Assembly: GCA_937902735.1 (NCBI GenBank)
Contig: CALELS010000013.1
Coordinates: forward strand, 204,321-268,320
Reading direction: 5' to 3'
Source of the DNA: an uncultured Bacillales bacterium
Lineage (GTDB): Bacteria; Bacillota_I; Bacilli_A; RFN20; CAG-826
DNA: 64,000 nt
Positions 18,919 through 27,253 of the stretch are shown here, piece after piece. Position 1 is the first letter of the stretch, and each line of letters opens with the position of its first letter. The position numbers and the translations under genes were made by a program. Under the pieces are notes generated by a model that ran no database searches, was not told the origin of the DNA, and saw nothing but the letters and a program-made list of their open reading frames with translations.

Positions 18919-19455
18919 ATGCAAGAAAAAGAAATCCAACAACCTATAGAGGTTGCTAAAGAAGATCCACAAAAGGCAAAAGAAAAGAAACCTGGTGGCG
19001 GTTTTGTTGTAGCACAAGTTTTAATGATGGTCCTAACTTTGTTTATGTTGGGTTTGACAGTTTTTTGTGCTTTATTCCCTGCATTAATCGCCCTTGGAGG
19101 AATATTCTTCTTATTCTTAGTGCTCATACTGGATGTAATTCTAGTCATTGGAACAATTTTCTTAATTTTACTTGCAGATGGATTCTGGGAAATGAATCGA
19201 AATGCATTTGCTATTGCTGAAAAATCTAGCGAACTCACAAATGTGTTGGTAAATATTTCCCATATAGTGGTCCCAATTACATTAGGACTTGCTGCAATTT
19301 GCTATCTTTCGACATGGATAATTAATATTGTTGCTTTAGCAAAAACAAAAAGAAAATTCTTCAAAGTTACACTTGTATTATTAATTATTGCTACTTCAGT
19401 ATTTGTTATTCTTGCAATTGCTGCATTAATTCTAAATTTTATTCCTAGAAATTAA
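18919..19455 (+). CDS. Hypothetical membrane protein
   Basis: The start is set at the ATG at 18919 (MQEKEIQQPIEVAKEDPQ...). The track ORF from 18457 is an antisense read-through of the neighbouring gene. It has 4-5 hydrophobic helices. Confidence 0.6.
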   Translation: MQEKEIQQPIEVAKEDPQKAKEKKPGGGFVVAQVLMMVLTLFMLGLTVFCALFPALIALGGIFFLFLVLILDVILVIGTIFLILLADGFWEMNRNAFAIAEKSSELTNVLVNISHIVVPITLGLAAICYLSTWIINIVALAKTKRKFFKVTLVLLIIATSVFVILAIAALILNFIPRN

Positions 19456-19469
19456 ATCGGAGGTTATGT

Positions 19470-20768
19470 ATGAAAAAATATTGCTCTATTATTTTGCTAC
19501 CAATTGTTGCTTTATTAATGGGCGGCTGTGCACATCAACAAGAAGGCGAAGATCTTCCTGATGAAGCCAAGCAACTAAAAGACTATGTTGATGGTTTAGA
19601 TTTTGTTAAAAACTACGCGGATAGATTCGATGACAAACTTGATGATTCTGAATGCACTATTGTAAAGGAAAATACAAACACCACTCTTCGTTCAAAAGTT
19701 GTTTCTTATAAGCACGCATCATCAGTATTAGATGATGAATTATATGTTAATAATGATATAAAACAATACTCATATACATATGATGAGACTCAAATTAATA
19801 CAAACTATCATTATGACTATGTTTCATCCGAATATTTCAAAACAACCGATAAGAAAAAGGATGAGACCACTGAGAAAACACGAAATTATAAAAACATATC
19901 GTACTATGAATCTGGAAACAAAGTGTATATCTTTTATACTGAGACTGAAAATTATCACGATGTTAGTAAAATCAATCTTAGTGAATATGGAAAAGATGAT
20001 TTAGATACTTATTTAGATAAAAAAGAAGATAGCGCATATCGCAACACTTTAACAAATACGCTTAATTTTACTGATTGTTATCGTGTAGAGGGTGGCTATG
20101 TAGGTGTAGATGAATACTATTCATTTGAATATTCGTATCTTAATGCTTACCAATTGATTACCGAAATTGATGAACACTATCATATTAAAAAAGTAATCTA
20201 TATAGAAAAAACCGCTGATGATTACAATCCTGATACAGGAGAGTATTCTTGTTTTAGACTTGAAAGAACTTACTATGAAGTAACTTATGGTAATAGAGAA
20301 AAAAATAACGAATCAATTAGATATGTTGAGTCTTTATTTGATAAACCATACCCTAGATATGCAGGATTAGCATTTGAAAAATTAAGCAAAGTTGATCATA
20401 CAAATACTTACAAATCCTATAACGACTTACAAAAGTCACATATAGAAGCATATGTTTATTTTGATAAATTTGTCGCCGAAGATATAAATGTAACTCCAAA
20501 GATTGCAGTGGATAGTTATCCAAGTCTTTATGAGTTTAATACTCACACTCAATATATCACCGAACAACTAGAAATAAAGAATCCTGATTCACTTCATTAC
20601 AACGAAGAAAACGAATTATTCTTTACAATGGACTCAAATCTTCAGGCTATTTATTTCGTTGTTGATACTATCCTTGAAAGAGGTGAACTCAAACTAGTGA
20701 AAGGAACCATTGAGATCAGAAATAAAAACGAAATAGTCGATTATTTCGATAATTTAGATTTTAATTAA
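19470..20768 (+). CDS. Lipoprotein, function unknown
   Basis: Signal peptide with lipobox LLMGGC, and GGAGG 7 nt upstream of the ATG. The mature part is Asp/Tyr/Asn-rich. Confidence 0.7.
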   Translation: MKKYCSIILLPIVALLMGGCAHQQEGEDLPDEAKQLKDYVDGLDFVKNYADRFDDKLDDSECTIVKENTNTTLRSKVVSYKHASSVLDDELYVNNDIKQYSYTYDETQINTNYHYDYVSSEYFKTTDKKKDETTEKTRNYKNISYYESGNKVYIFYTETENYHDVSKINLSEYGKDDLDTYLDKKEDSAYRNTLTNTLNFTDCYRVEGGYVGVDEYYSFEYSYLNAYQLITEIDEHYHIKKVIYIEKTADDYNPDTGEYSCFRLERTYYEVTYGNREKNNESIRYVESLFDKPYPRYAGLAFEKLSKVDHTNTYKSYNDLQKSHIEAYVYFDKFVAEDINVTPKIAVDSYPSLYEFNTHTQYITEQLEIKNPDSLHYNEENELFFTMDSNLQAIYFVVDTILERGELKLVKGTIEIRNKNEIVDYFDNLDFN

Positions 20769-22255
20769 ATTACTTCAAAACAATGTGGGTCTAAACTAGC
20801 GCAGGTTGGATCCACATTTTTATTATTAAGATTGTCTTTGGCCTCAATATAATATTTTACTTTGTCCCCATGATTTAATCCTTTAAATACATAGGTATAG
20901 TTAGTGGTTTTTTTATATTGACTCATCGAATATTTTTCATATTCTGAATCATTGATTGAATAATAAATATTTACATCTTCTTCATCAATATTTGCTCCAG
21001 CATATGAAACTACATTTGTTTTAACAATATATTTGTCTTGGTATTCGAGTTTACCATCAAGAACTTCTCTTGAATCAATAAAGAGCATGTCGTCATCAGG
21101 AACTTCGTGAGTTCTACAATGAAGTGCATCTGTATTTAAGAAAGATAAGTCGTTATCAAAAGAATAGCCTTCAACTCCAATAATTTCATAACCAGGAAGA
21201 GCTTCTTTATATACTTCTATTGCTTTACGATTATATGTCTCATCTTCTCCTAATGGCATATATACATGTCTGTTAGCAATCAAGGAGTTTGTATATGGCG
21301 CAATAGTGTCACCACCAGGTTCTTCTACACGATAAATTTTATAATTGTATCCATAAGAACATTTAGTATTAGCAAGTTCTTCGGCAACATCCTCATAGTA
21401 TGAATAACGTGGATTTGATCTAGGCAATTTAGCAACAATAATTTTATCTGGAGCAACTATTTTTCCCCAACAATCTATATGAGCAATATAGTCTCCTTGT
21501 GGATCAATCGTAATTACATAATTATCAGTGCCTGTATATTGTTTCATTTGAGATAAAACATGGGACTTGTTATTAGAATTTTCACTTATAACAAGATCAT
21601 CGCTAAAAGCTGTTCCTCTACCATCTTGCATTAAATTACCACCAGTATGAGTGATATCCATTTTGCTATAAGACATATCGAAATATGTTGCGAGTTTAGA
21701 TGGTACATTATTTTGCTGTCTTCTATTTCTGTTATAGGTAAAATCAACAATTGATAAATCTAAGTTATTAAAAACATAAAAAGGAGAAAAATCTCTAACC
21801 CAATATGCATAATCATCATCAATGTTCATATCGATGAACGTAACATTATCAAGATTTATTCCTGCACTAGAAAAGTTATTACGGGCCTCATCTATGCGGG
21901 AACGATTGTGATCATCTGGATTCACTAAAAGTAGTACTTTATTATCTTTGGAGATAGTTTTATAAACGGATAAAGGCATATTGTTTGGATAACACATCTT
22001 TACCATTTTGACTGGTTCAAATTCTGCAGGCATTCTCTTTGAAATAGTATCAATAACTTTATAACCAGCCAAATCATCGTCAAATGGAGGGTCTACAGGA
22101 TCAGTTTCTGGATCAACTTCTGGTTCAGATTCTGGTTCTTGTCCTTCCTCTTCTTTTGGATTATCGCTTGGAGTTATCTCGCTAGGAGAGTTGCATGAAA
22201 AAAGTAGTAATACGCTAAAAACAATAAAAGGTGAGAGGAAGAGCTTCTTTTTCAT
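20765..22255 (-). CDS. Lipoprotein with agmatine deiminase / Porphyromonas-type peptidylarginine deiminase (PAD_porph) domain
   Basis: Lipobox LLLFSC (Cys21) and an acidic Pro-rich linker. Family motifs follow: RMPAEFEP, YWVRDFSPF, THTGGNLMQDGRG, AHIDCWG, PYTNSLIANRHVYMP and TDALHCRTHE (Cys380). There is an extra C-terminal domain of about 100 aa. Confidence 0.75.
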   Translation of the reverse strand: MKKKLFLSPFIVFSVLLLFSCNSPSEITPSDNPKEEEGQEPESEPEVDPETDPVDPPFDDDLAGYKVIDTISKRMPAEFEPVKMVKMCYPNNMPLSVYKTISKDNKVLLLVNPDDHNRSRIDEARNNFSSAGINLDNVTFIDMNIDDDYAYWVRDFSPFYVFNNLDLSIVDFTYNRNRRQQNNVPSKLATYFDMSYSKMDITHTGGNLMQDGRGTAFSDDLVISENSNNKSHVLSQMKQYTGTDNYVITIDPQGDYIAHIDCWGKIVAPDKIIVAKLPRSNPRYSYYEDVAEELANTKCSYGYNYKIYRVEEPGGDTIAPYTNSLIANRHVYMPLGEDETYNRKAIEVYKEALPGYEIIGVEGYSFDNDLSFLNTDALHCRTHEVPDDDMLFIDSREVLDGKLEYQDKYIVKTNVVSYAGANIDEEDVNIYYSINDSEYEKYSMSQYKKTTNYTYVFKGLNHGDKVKYYIEAKDNLNNKNVDPTCASLDPHCFEVI

Positions 22256-24513
22256 TAAGCGTCTAACGAATTATATAAATTAGTTATTTTGGCTTCGAAA
22301 GTAGTGTAATCCATTATCACTGAGCCAGTAATCAATTTGAATAGGATTTGGGTTTGAACACCACTATAGGAATTTCCTATATCAACAAGTTCTTTTAAAG
22401 CAACAATATCGCCAGAGGATAATTCCCAAGCAAATTCATCATCACCAACAAATTTGGAAATATTGGAATCTAGAGCGGAATAATCAACTAAATCAGCAAG
22501 ATTACTTAATTTATTAACTGTTTCTTCACCAAGTTCCGCTTTTAATAAAGTGTAAGGAAGTGAAGATTTATAAGCTTTTGCGATTTCAAGAATTTCTTTA
22601 TTAGTTAGATTATCTAAATCATAAGGTTTAATAAAACTAATAAATTCCATTACGTTAAGGACATCTTCTTTAGCTTTAATTAATCTTTCTTCATAAGAAG
22701 AATCTAAGAATCCTTTAGAAACTTCATCTAATTCTCTATATTCTGCTAAGGTTGCATCAACCTTTGAAACATATCCATTGCTAACATAGATATTATTTAA
22801 TAATTCTTCAATACGAACTTTTAGTTCTTGAACAGATTGATATTTCTCGTTTGTTTCTTTAGCCATTTGAATCTTGCTATCAAAATCAAATGTTTCGTTC
22901 TTAGCTTCTAAATATATTGAAACAAGAGGGGTTGATATATCTCCTTCTTCTTCAGTTCCAGGTTGGAAATAATTAAATGATGCATCAACACTATGGATTA
23001 CTCCATCAACAATATCAAATGTTGCTCTAACATCATCGAAGTCTTTGTAATTAAGAATCATCTTAACAATCGTGCCATAATCAGGTGATTCAATGATTTC
23101 ATTAAGTTTTTCTTTAATTGTTTGTTTTGTTTCATCTGTTAGAGTTAAAACGACTTGGTAATTATTCTCGTCTTTACCATCAATTCTTTCGAAGTTTGCA
23201 AAGTCACGTTTAGCTCCGTTAATAAGGTTATATAAATTAACGTTTTTCAAAATAATGTCTAATAAGTCGGTTATTTTTAGTTTATAAACCATTGTTTGGA
23301 CACCATCTTCGTTGGTTGGAATAAGGATAATAGATCCCTCTCCATCATAGACGGCTTCTAAAGAATGGAAACCTTGTAAAACTTTTCCAACTTCACCAAT
23401 TTTATCTCCAAGTATGTTCATTACTAATGTTAACAACGAACCAAAATATTCATCTGAATCAAATTTGGCATAGAAGCTAAATACATCAAATAATTTTTCA
23501 GTAGCAAGTCTTTCGGTGTCGAAAGCAAAATTTGAACTAATATCAAGTTTTGTTTCTGCAGATGGGATTGTAATTTTTAAATTACCTGCAACATTAACGC
23601 CATGTTTATAGTCGAGTCTTTTAAGCGAGTTTAAAAGATCATCTTTAATCTTTTGTTCTTCTTCATCAATGATAATTTCGCTTGGTTTAGCACCTAACTT
23701 CTCTTGTAAAACCTCTTCGTTAGGAATGGTGATATCTTCATTAACTTTTGAGAACAAACATTTACCTTCTTGAGTTACTTTAGATGAACCAAGAACCGCT
23801 TTTGAGGCTTCATATATAGTATGTATCTCATAAGAGATTGGTGTGAAATCCCTCTTCATTGATAAGGTGATTTCAATTGAATTAAATGTAGGATAAGTAC
23901 TTAGTCCACCTGTAGTCTTCAAATCAACTTTAACTAGATTAGTAGCTTTATCATTATCAAGAATATATTTAATTGAAACATTGTCATCATTATCAGAGAG
24001 TAATTCTGCATTAACAATTGATTCATCATTAAAGACATATCCCATAATTGTGTATTGATTTACTGCATATGAGACTTTCTTATAGTCTTCCATTGCGTAG
24101 ACATCATAATTTTGTAAATCTCTACTTACTAAAATCTTATCTCTATCTACCATGTAGAATTCATTTTGAACATTCATCAAAGTAGATGTAGAGTCATCTT
24201 TAGAATAGAAAGCACTGCCCTTTTTATGGGTAACACTCCAGTATTTGATGTTGTAATCAAAGAATAAAACTTTAGCTTTTATTGATCCATTTGTTTCGGA
24301 TTCATAAGAGTTAAGACCGTCTTTGATGTTATAGATATAAGTGTAGGCAATGGATTTATAATCTTTGTTTTTAAGATATTCATCCGTATTAGTTACATTT
24401 TTAATGATTGTAGACTCATCTTTGTTCGTTATTGGTTCTTCATGATGAGCGCAACCTACTAATGAAATAGGAGCAACTAAGACTAATAGTGTTTTTAGAA
24501 TTTTTTTGTTCAT
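22255..24513 (-). CDS. Large lipoprotein (752 aa), function unknown
   Basis: Signal peptide with lipobox LVGC, and AAGAGG upstream. Its stop overlaps the start of the deiminase-like lipoprotein gene (TAATG). Confidence 0.7.
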   Translation of the reverse strand: MNKKILKTLLVLVAPISLVGCAHHEEPITNKDESTIIKNVTNTDEYLKNKDYKSIAYTYIYNIKDGLNSYESETNGSIKAKVLFFDYNIKYWSVTHKKGSAFYSKDDSTSTLMNVQNEFYMVDRDKILVSRDLQNYDVYAMEDYKKVSYAVNQYTIMGYVFNDESIVNAELLSDNDDNVSIKYILDNDKATNLVKVDLKTTGGLSTYPTFNSIEITLSMKRDFTPISYEIHTIYEASKAVLGSSKVTQEGKCLFSKVNEDITIPNEEVLQEKLGAKPSEIIIDEEEQKIKDDLLNSLKRLDYKHGVNVAGNLKITIPSAETKLDISSNFAFDTERLATEKLFDVFSFYAKFDSDEYFGSLLTLVMNILGDKIGEVGKVLQGFHSLEAVYDGEGSIILIPTNEDGVQTMVYKLKITDLLDIILKNVNLYNLINGAKRDFANFERIDGKDENNYQVVLTLTDETKQTIKEKLNEIIESPDYGTIVKMILNYKDFDDVRATFDIVDGVIHSVDASFNYFQPGTEEEGDISTPLVSIYLEAKNETFDFDSKIQMAKETNEKYQSVQELKVRIEELLNNIYVSNGYVSKVDATLAEYRELDEVSKGFLDSSYEERLIKAKEDVLNVMEFISFIKPYDLDNLTNKEILEIAKAYKSSLPYTLLKAELGEETVNKLSNLADLVDYSALDSNISKFVGDDEFAWELSSGDIVALKELVDIGNSYSGVQTQILFKLITGSVIMDYTTFEAKITNLYNSLDA

Positions 24514-24641
24514 AATAAGACCTCTTAATAATGAAATAATAACACATCTACAATAAGTATTTCTCTTTTATATGAGAAAAAGAAAAAATCCTATTCACGA
24601 AAGACTCGTTTTGCTTGGTTTTCATGTTTAAAAATAAATAC

Positions 24642-25364
24642 TTAATATTTATAAAATAATAATACCGCAACTGCAAGTATTTGATTCTTGGTTAAACTAC
24701 CTGTCATTTCGTATTTAACAGATAGATCATATAAAGTTATGTGATTTCCACTTATGGAAGCATAAAAACCGCCAAAAACTTTATTGATATTACTTCCACT
24801 TAATTCATAAAGAAACCCACCAAAAGCATTTTTAATTTGATTTCCTCTAATTTCATAAACTGGACCATAACCTTCTTGCATCAACATATTACCTTCAAAA
24901 CGATAATATGTGCTATTACGCATATCCAGGATTCTTCCATTCTCAACTCTCATTATTGGACCATAGCCAACCTTTTTAATGTAAACAGTGGGTGAATCAT
25001 ATCTTGAAGATGAATAAGAAACTCTTTCTTGTTTAGGAATATATGGGTGCTGTTCTACCTTATTCATTTGAGCGGTAGGTTTAGCTTTTTCCTCCGTCAC
25101 TTTTTGCTCTTCAAATGGCTTCTTTTCTTCGATTAAAGTAGTAGGTTCTCCCCTCTTTTTCTTATCAATGATAGTTAATGGGATATATGTCCCAAGAAAT
25201 ATGATTAATGCAAGAGCACCAAAAATTAACAAAAACAATGCTGGTAATGATAGCCCATTACCATGATTTAAATGATAGATTAGAAGGTAGCCACCATAAG
25301 CCGACCCTACTATGCCGAAAACCGCAATAATCCAAAGTAAATTTTGTTTTCTCATTGTCCACAT
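24642..25364 (-). CDS. Membrane-anchored protein with short Gly/aromatic beta-strand repeats
   Basis: The start is set at the ATG at 25364 (MWTMRKQNLL...), with 25355 also possible. Two N-terminal TM helices and a KE-rich linker precede repeats of the type GYGPIMRVENGRIL / GYGPVYEIRGNQI / GGFLYELSGSNI / GGFYASISGNHI. Confidence 0.55.
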   Translation of the reverse strand: MWTMRKQNLLWIIAVFGIVGSAYGGYLLIYHLNHGNGLSLPALFLLIFGALALIIFLGTYIPLTIIDKKKRGEPTTLIEEKKPFEEQKVTEEKAKPTAQMNKVEQHPYIPKQERVSYSSSRYDSPTVYIKKVGYGPIMRVENGRILDMRNSTYYRFEGNMLMQEGYGPVYEIRGNQIKNAFGGFLYELSGSNINKVFGGFYASISGNHITLYDLSVKYEMTGSLTKNQILAVAVLLFYKY

Positions 25365-25466
25365 TCTAACACAACTAGTACATATAAAGCACCTCTTATA
25401 GGTGCAACACTTATATATCTTTAATTTTAAATAAATAGGTATACAATCTTTTTGAGGCAAATTGCT

Positions 25467-25796
25467 ATGAAAAAAATATTGTATTTAGTACTTAAAAACA
25501 CACCAAAAGCTCACGAGACTCTTGAAGCTTTAAAAGAAAAAGGTTTTAACGGAACTGTTATTGGTTCAAATTCCTTAAGACATATGATGGAATATTTTCC
25601 TGAAGAACACACATTTTTGAATTTAAGACAAACCGAAAGCATAGATGGTTCAGAAAGTGTTATGTGTATGTTTGTTTGGGATAATGAAGTTATTGAAGTA
25701 ATTAAAGAAGAAATAAGAAAACATACCAATAATTTTAAAAACATCAAAGGTTTTATGTTCACAAAAGTCGTAGAAGATTACGAAGGTTCTGACTAA
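25467..25796 (+). CDS. Small soluble protein (109 aa) translationally coupled to the cation/proton antiporter
   Basis: ATG at 25467 with GAGG 9 nt upstream. The MKKILYLVLKNTPKAHETLEALKEKGFNGTVIGS pattern suggests a beta-alpha-beta (P-II-like) fold, but this is inference only. Confidence 0.55.
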   Translation: MKKILYLVLKNTPKAHETLEALKEKGFNGTVIGSNSLRHMMEYFPEEHTFLNLRQTESIDGSESVMCMFVWDNEVIEVIKEEIRKHTNNFKNIKGFMFTKVVEDYEGSD

Positions 25797-25798
25797 TT

Positions 25799-27082
25799 AT
25801 GAATTTTCCTATTTATTTATATATTGCGATATTTTTGCTTGTTGCTTTACTATCAACAAGATTAATGAAACTATTAAAACTTCCAAATGTTACTGGATAC
25901 ATTATCACTGGAATATTGATAGGACCTTTTGTGTTTGGGCTTTTATTCAATAATTTTTCATTTGAAAAGATTAAAGAAGGGATCATTGCTCAATATGTTG
26001 ATCAAATATCATGGATATCAACAGTTGCTCTTGGTTTCATTGCTTTTTCAATTGGCACCTCATTTAAAGGCTCTACTCTTAAACGAGTTGGTAAAAGAGC
26101 CATAATAATTACAATATTTGAAGCCTTTGGAGCATCTTTATTTGTCTTTATTGCCCTAATGATTGCGCATTTTATTAGACCAGATAAAATAACATGGCAA
26201 ATTGTTTTAACAATAAGTGCAATAGCAAGCGCAACTGCACCAGCAGCAACACTGATGGTCATAAAACAATATAACGCTAAAGGTTCTTTGGTTGATACTT
26301 TATTACCGGTTGTTGCCCTCGATGATGCTGCTGCTTTAATTTTGTTTGCTATCTTATTCCAATTAGCAAAAGGATTGTCTATTGGTCAATATTCATTGTA
26401 TGGAATGTTCCTTAAACCACTAATTGAGATTTCTATCTCACTTGCTATTGGAGTTATTTTAGGTTTCGTAATTTCATTGTTAAATAAATTATTTAAATCA
26501 AGAAATAACCGACTTGTGCTATGTATTTTCGCTGTAACATGTGCCATAGGATTCTATTTCCTATTTAAAAATGAATGGATGGGAAGCTTTGAATTAAGCT
26601 CTTTACTTACTTGTATGATGGCGGGTGCCATTTATGTTAACTTTACCAAAGAGAATGAAAAAACATATGATGTATTAGATAAATTCACATCACCAATGTA
26701 CATGATTTTCTTTGTCTTATCCGGTGCTTCCCTAGATTTAAGTATATTTACAAATGAACTTGGTATATTTGTTGCTATTATCGGAGCAATTTATATTATT
26801 GTTCGTGTACTTGGCAAATGGCTTGGATCATTTGTTGGTGCGTCAATCACACATAGTGAACCTAAGATTAAAAAATACCTAGGTCTAACATTGGTCCCTC
26901 AAGCTGGTGTTGCAATTGGATTATCTTCAACAGCATATAAATTGTTTAATGATATACCAAATATGAGCGAGACTGGTGGTCTCATCCTCGCAATAATTTT
27001 AACATCAACATTGGTCTATGAATTAGTCGGACCACTTGTATCCAAATTTGCTTTAAAGAAAGCTGGAGAAATTAATCAATAG
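25799..27082 (+). CDS. Cation:proton antiporter (Na+/H+ exchanger family, CPA2-like), membrane domain only
   Basis: 427 aa with about 12 TM helices. N-terminus LLSTRLMKLLKLPNVTGYIITGILIGP, internal LLPVVALDDAAALILFA and LTLVPQAGVAIGL. Confidence 0.8.
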   Translation: MNFPIYLYIAIFLLVALLSTRLMKLLKLPNVTGYIITGILIGPFVFGLLFNNFSFEKIKEGIIAQYVDQISWISTVALGFIAFSIGTSFKGSTLKRVGKRAIIITIFEAFGASLFVFIALMIAHFIRPDKITWQIVLTISAIASATAPAATLMVIKQYNAKGSLVDTLLPVVALDDAAALILFAILFQLAKGLSIGQYSLYGMFLKPLIEISISLAIGVILGFVISLLNKLFKSRNNRLVLCIFAVTCAIGFYFLFKNEWMGSFELSSLLTCMMAGAIYVNFTKENEKTYDVLDKFTSPMYMIFFVLSGASLDLSIFTNELGIFVAIIGAIYIIVRVLGKWLGSFVGASITHSEPKIKKYLGLTLVPQAGVAIGLSSTAYKLFNDIPNMSETGGLILAIILTSTLVYELVGPLVSKFALKKAGEINQ

Positions 27083-27253
27083 TGATTGTTATTGCTGGTC
27101 GAACACGCCAAACAAGCAATCAATACAAATCTCTTTTTATTAATCATTTTAACAACCCGTATAAAAACATATTCAAGTCTACTTTTGCTTGATTCTTTTT
27201 CAAGAATGTCGATAAGATCTATGTTTTTTTTGAAACTCAAAGATATTTTAGTT

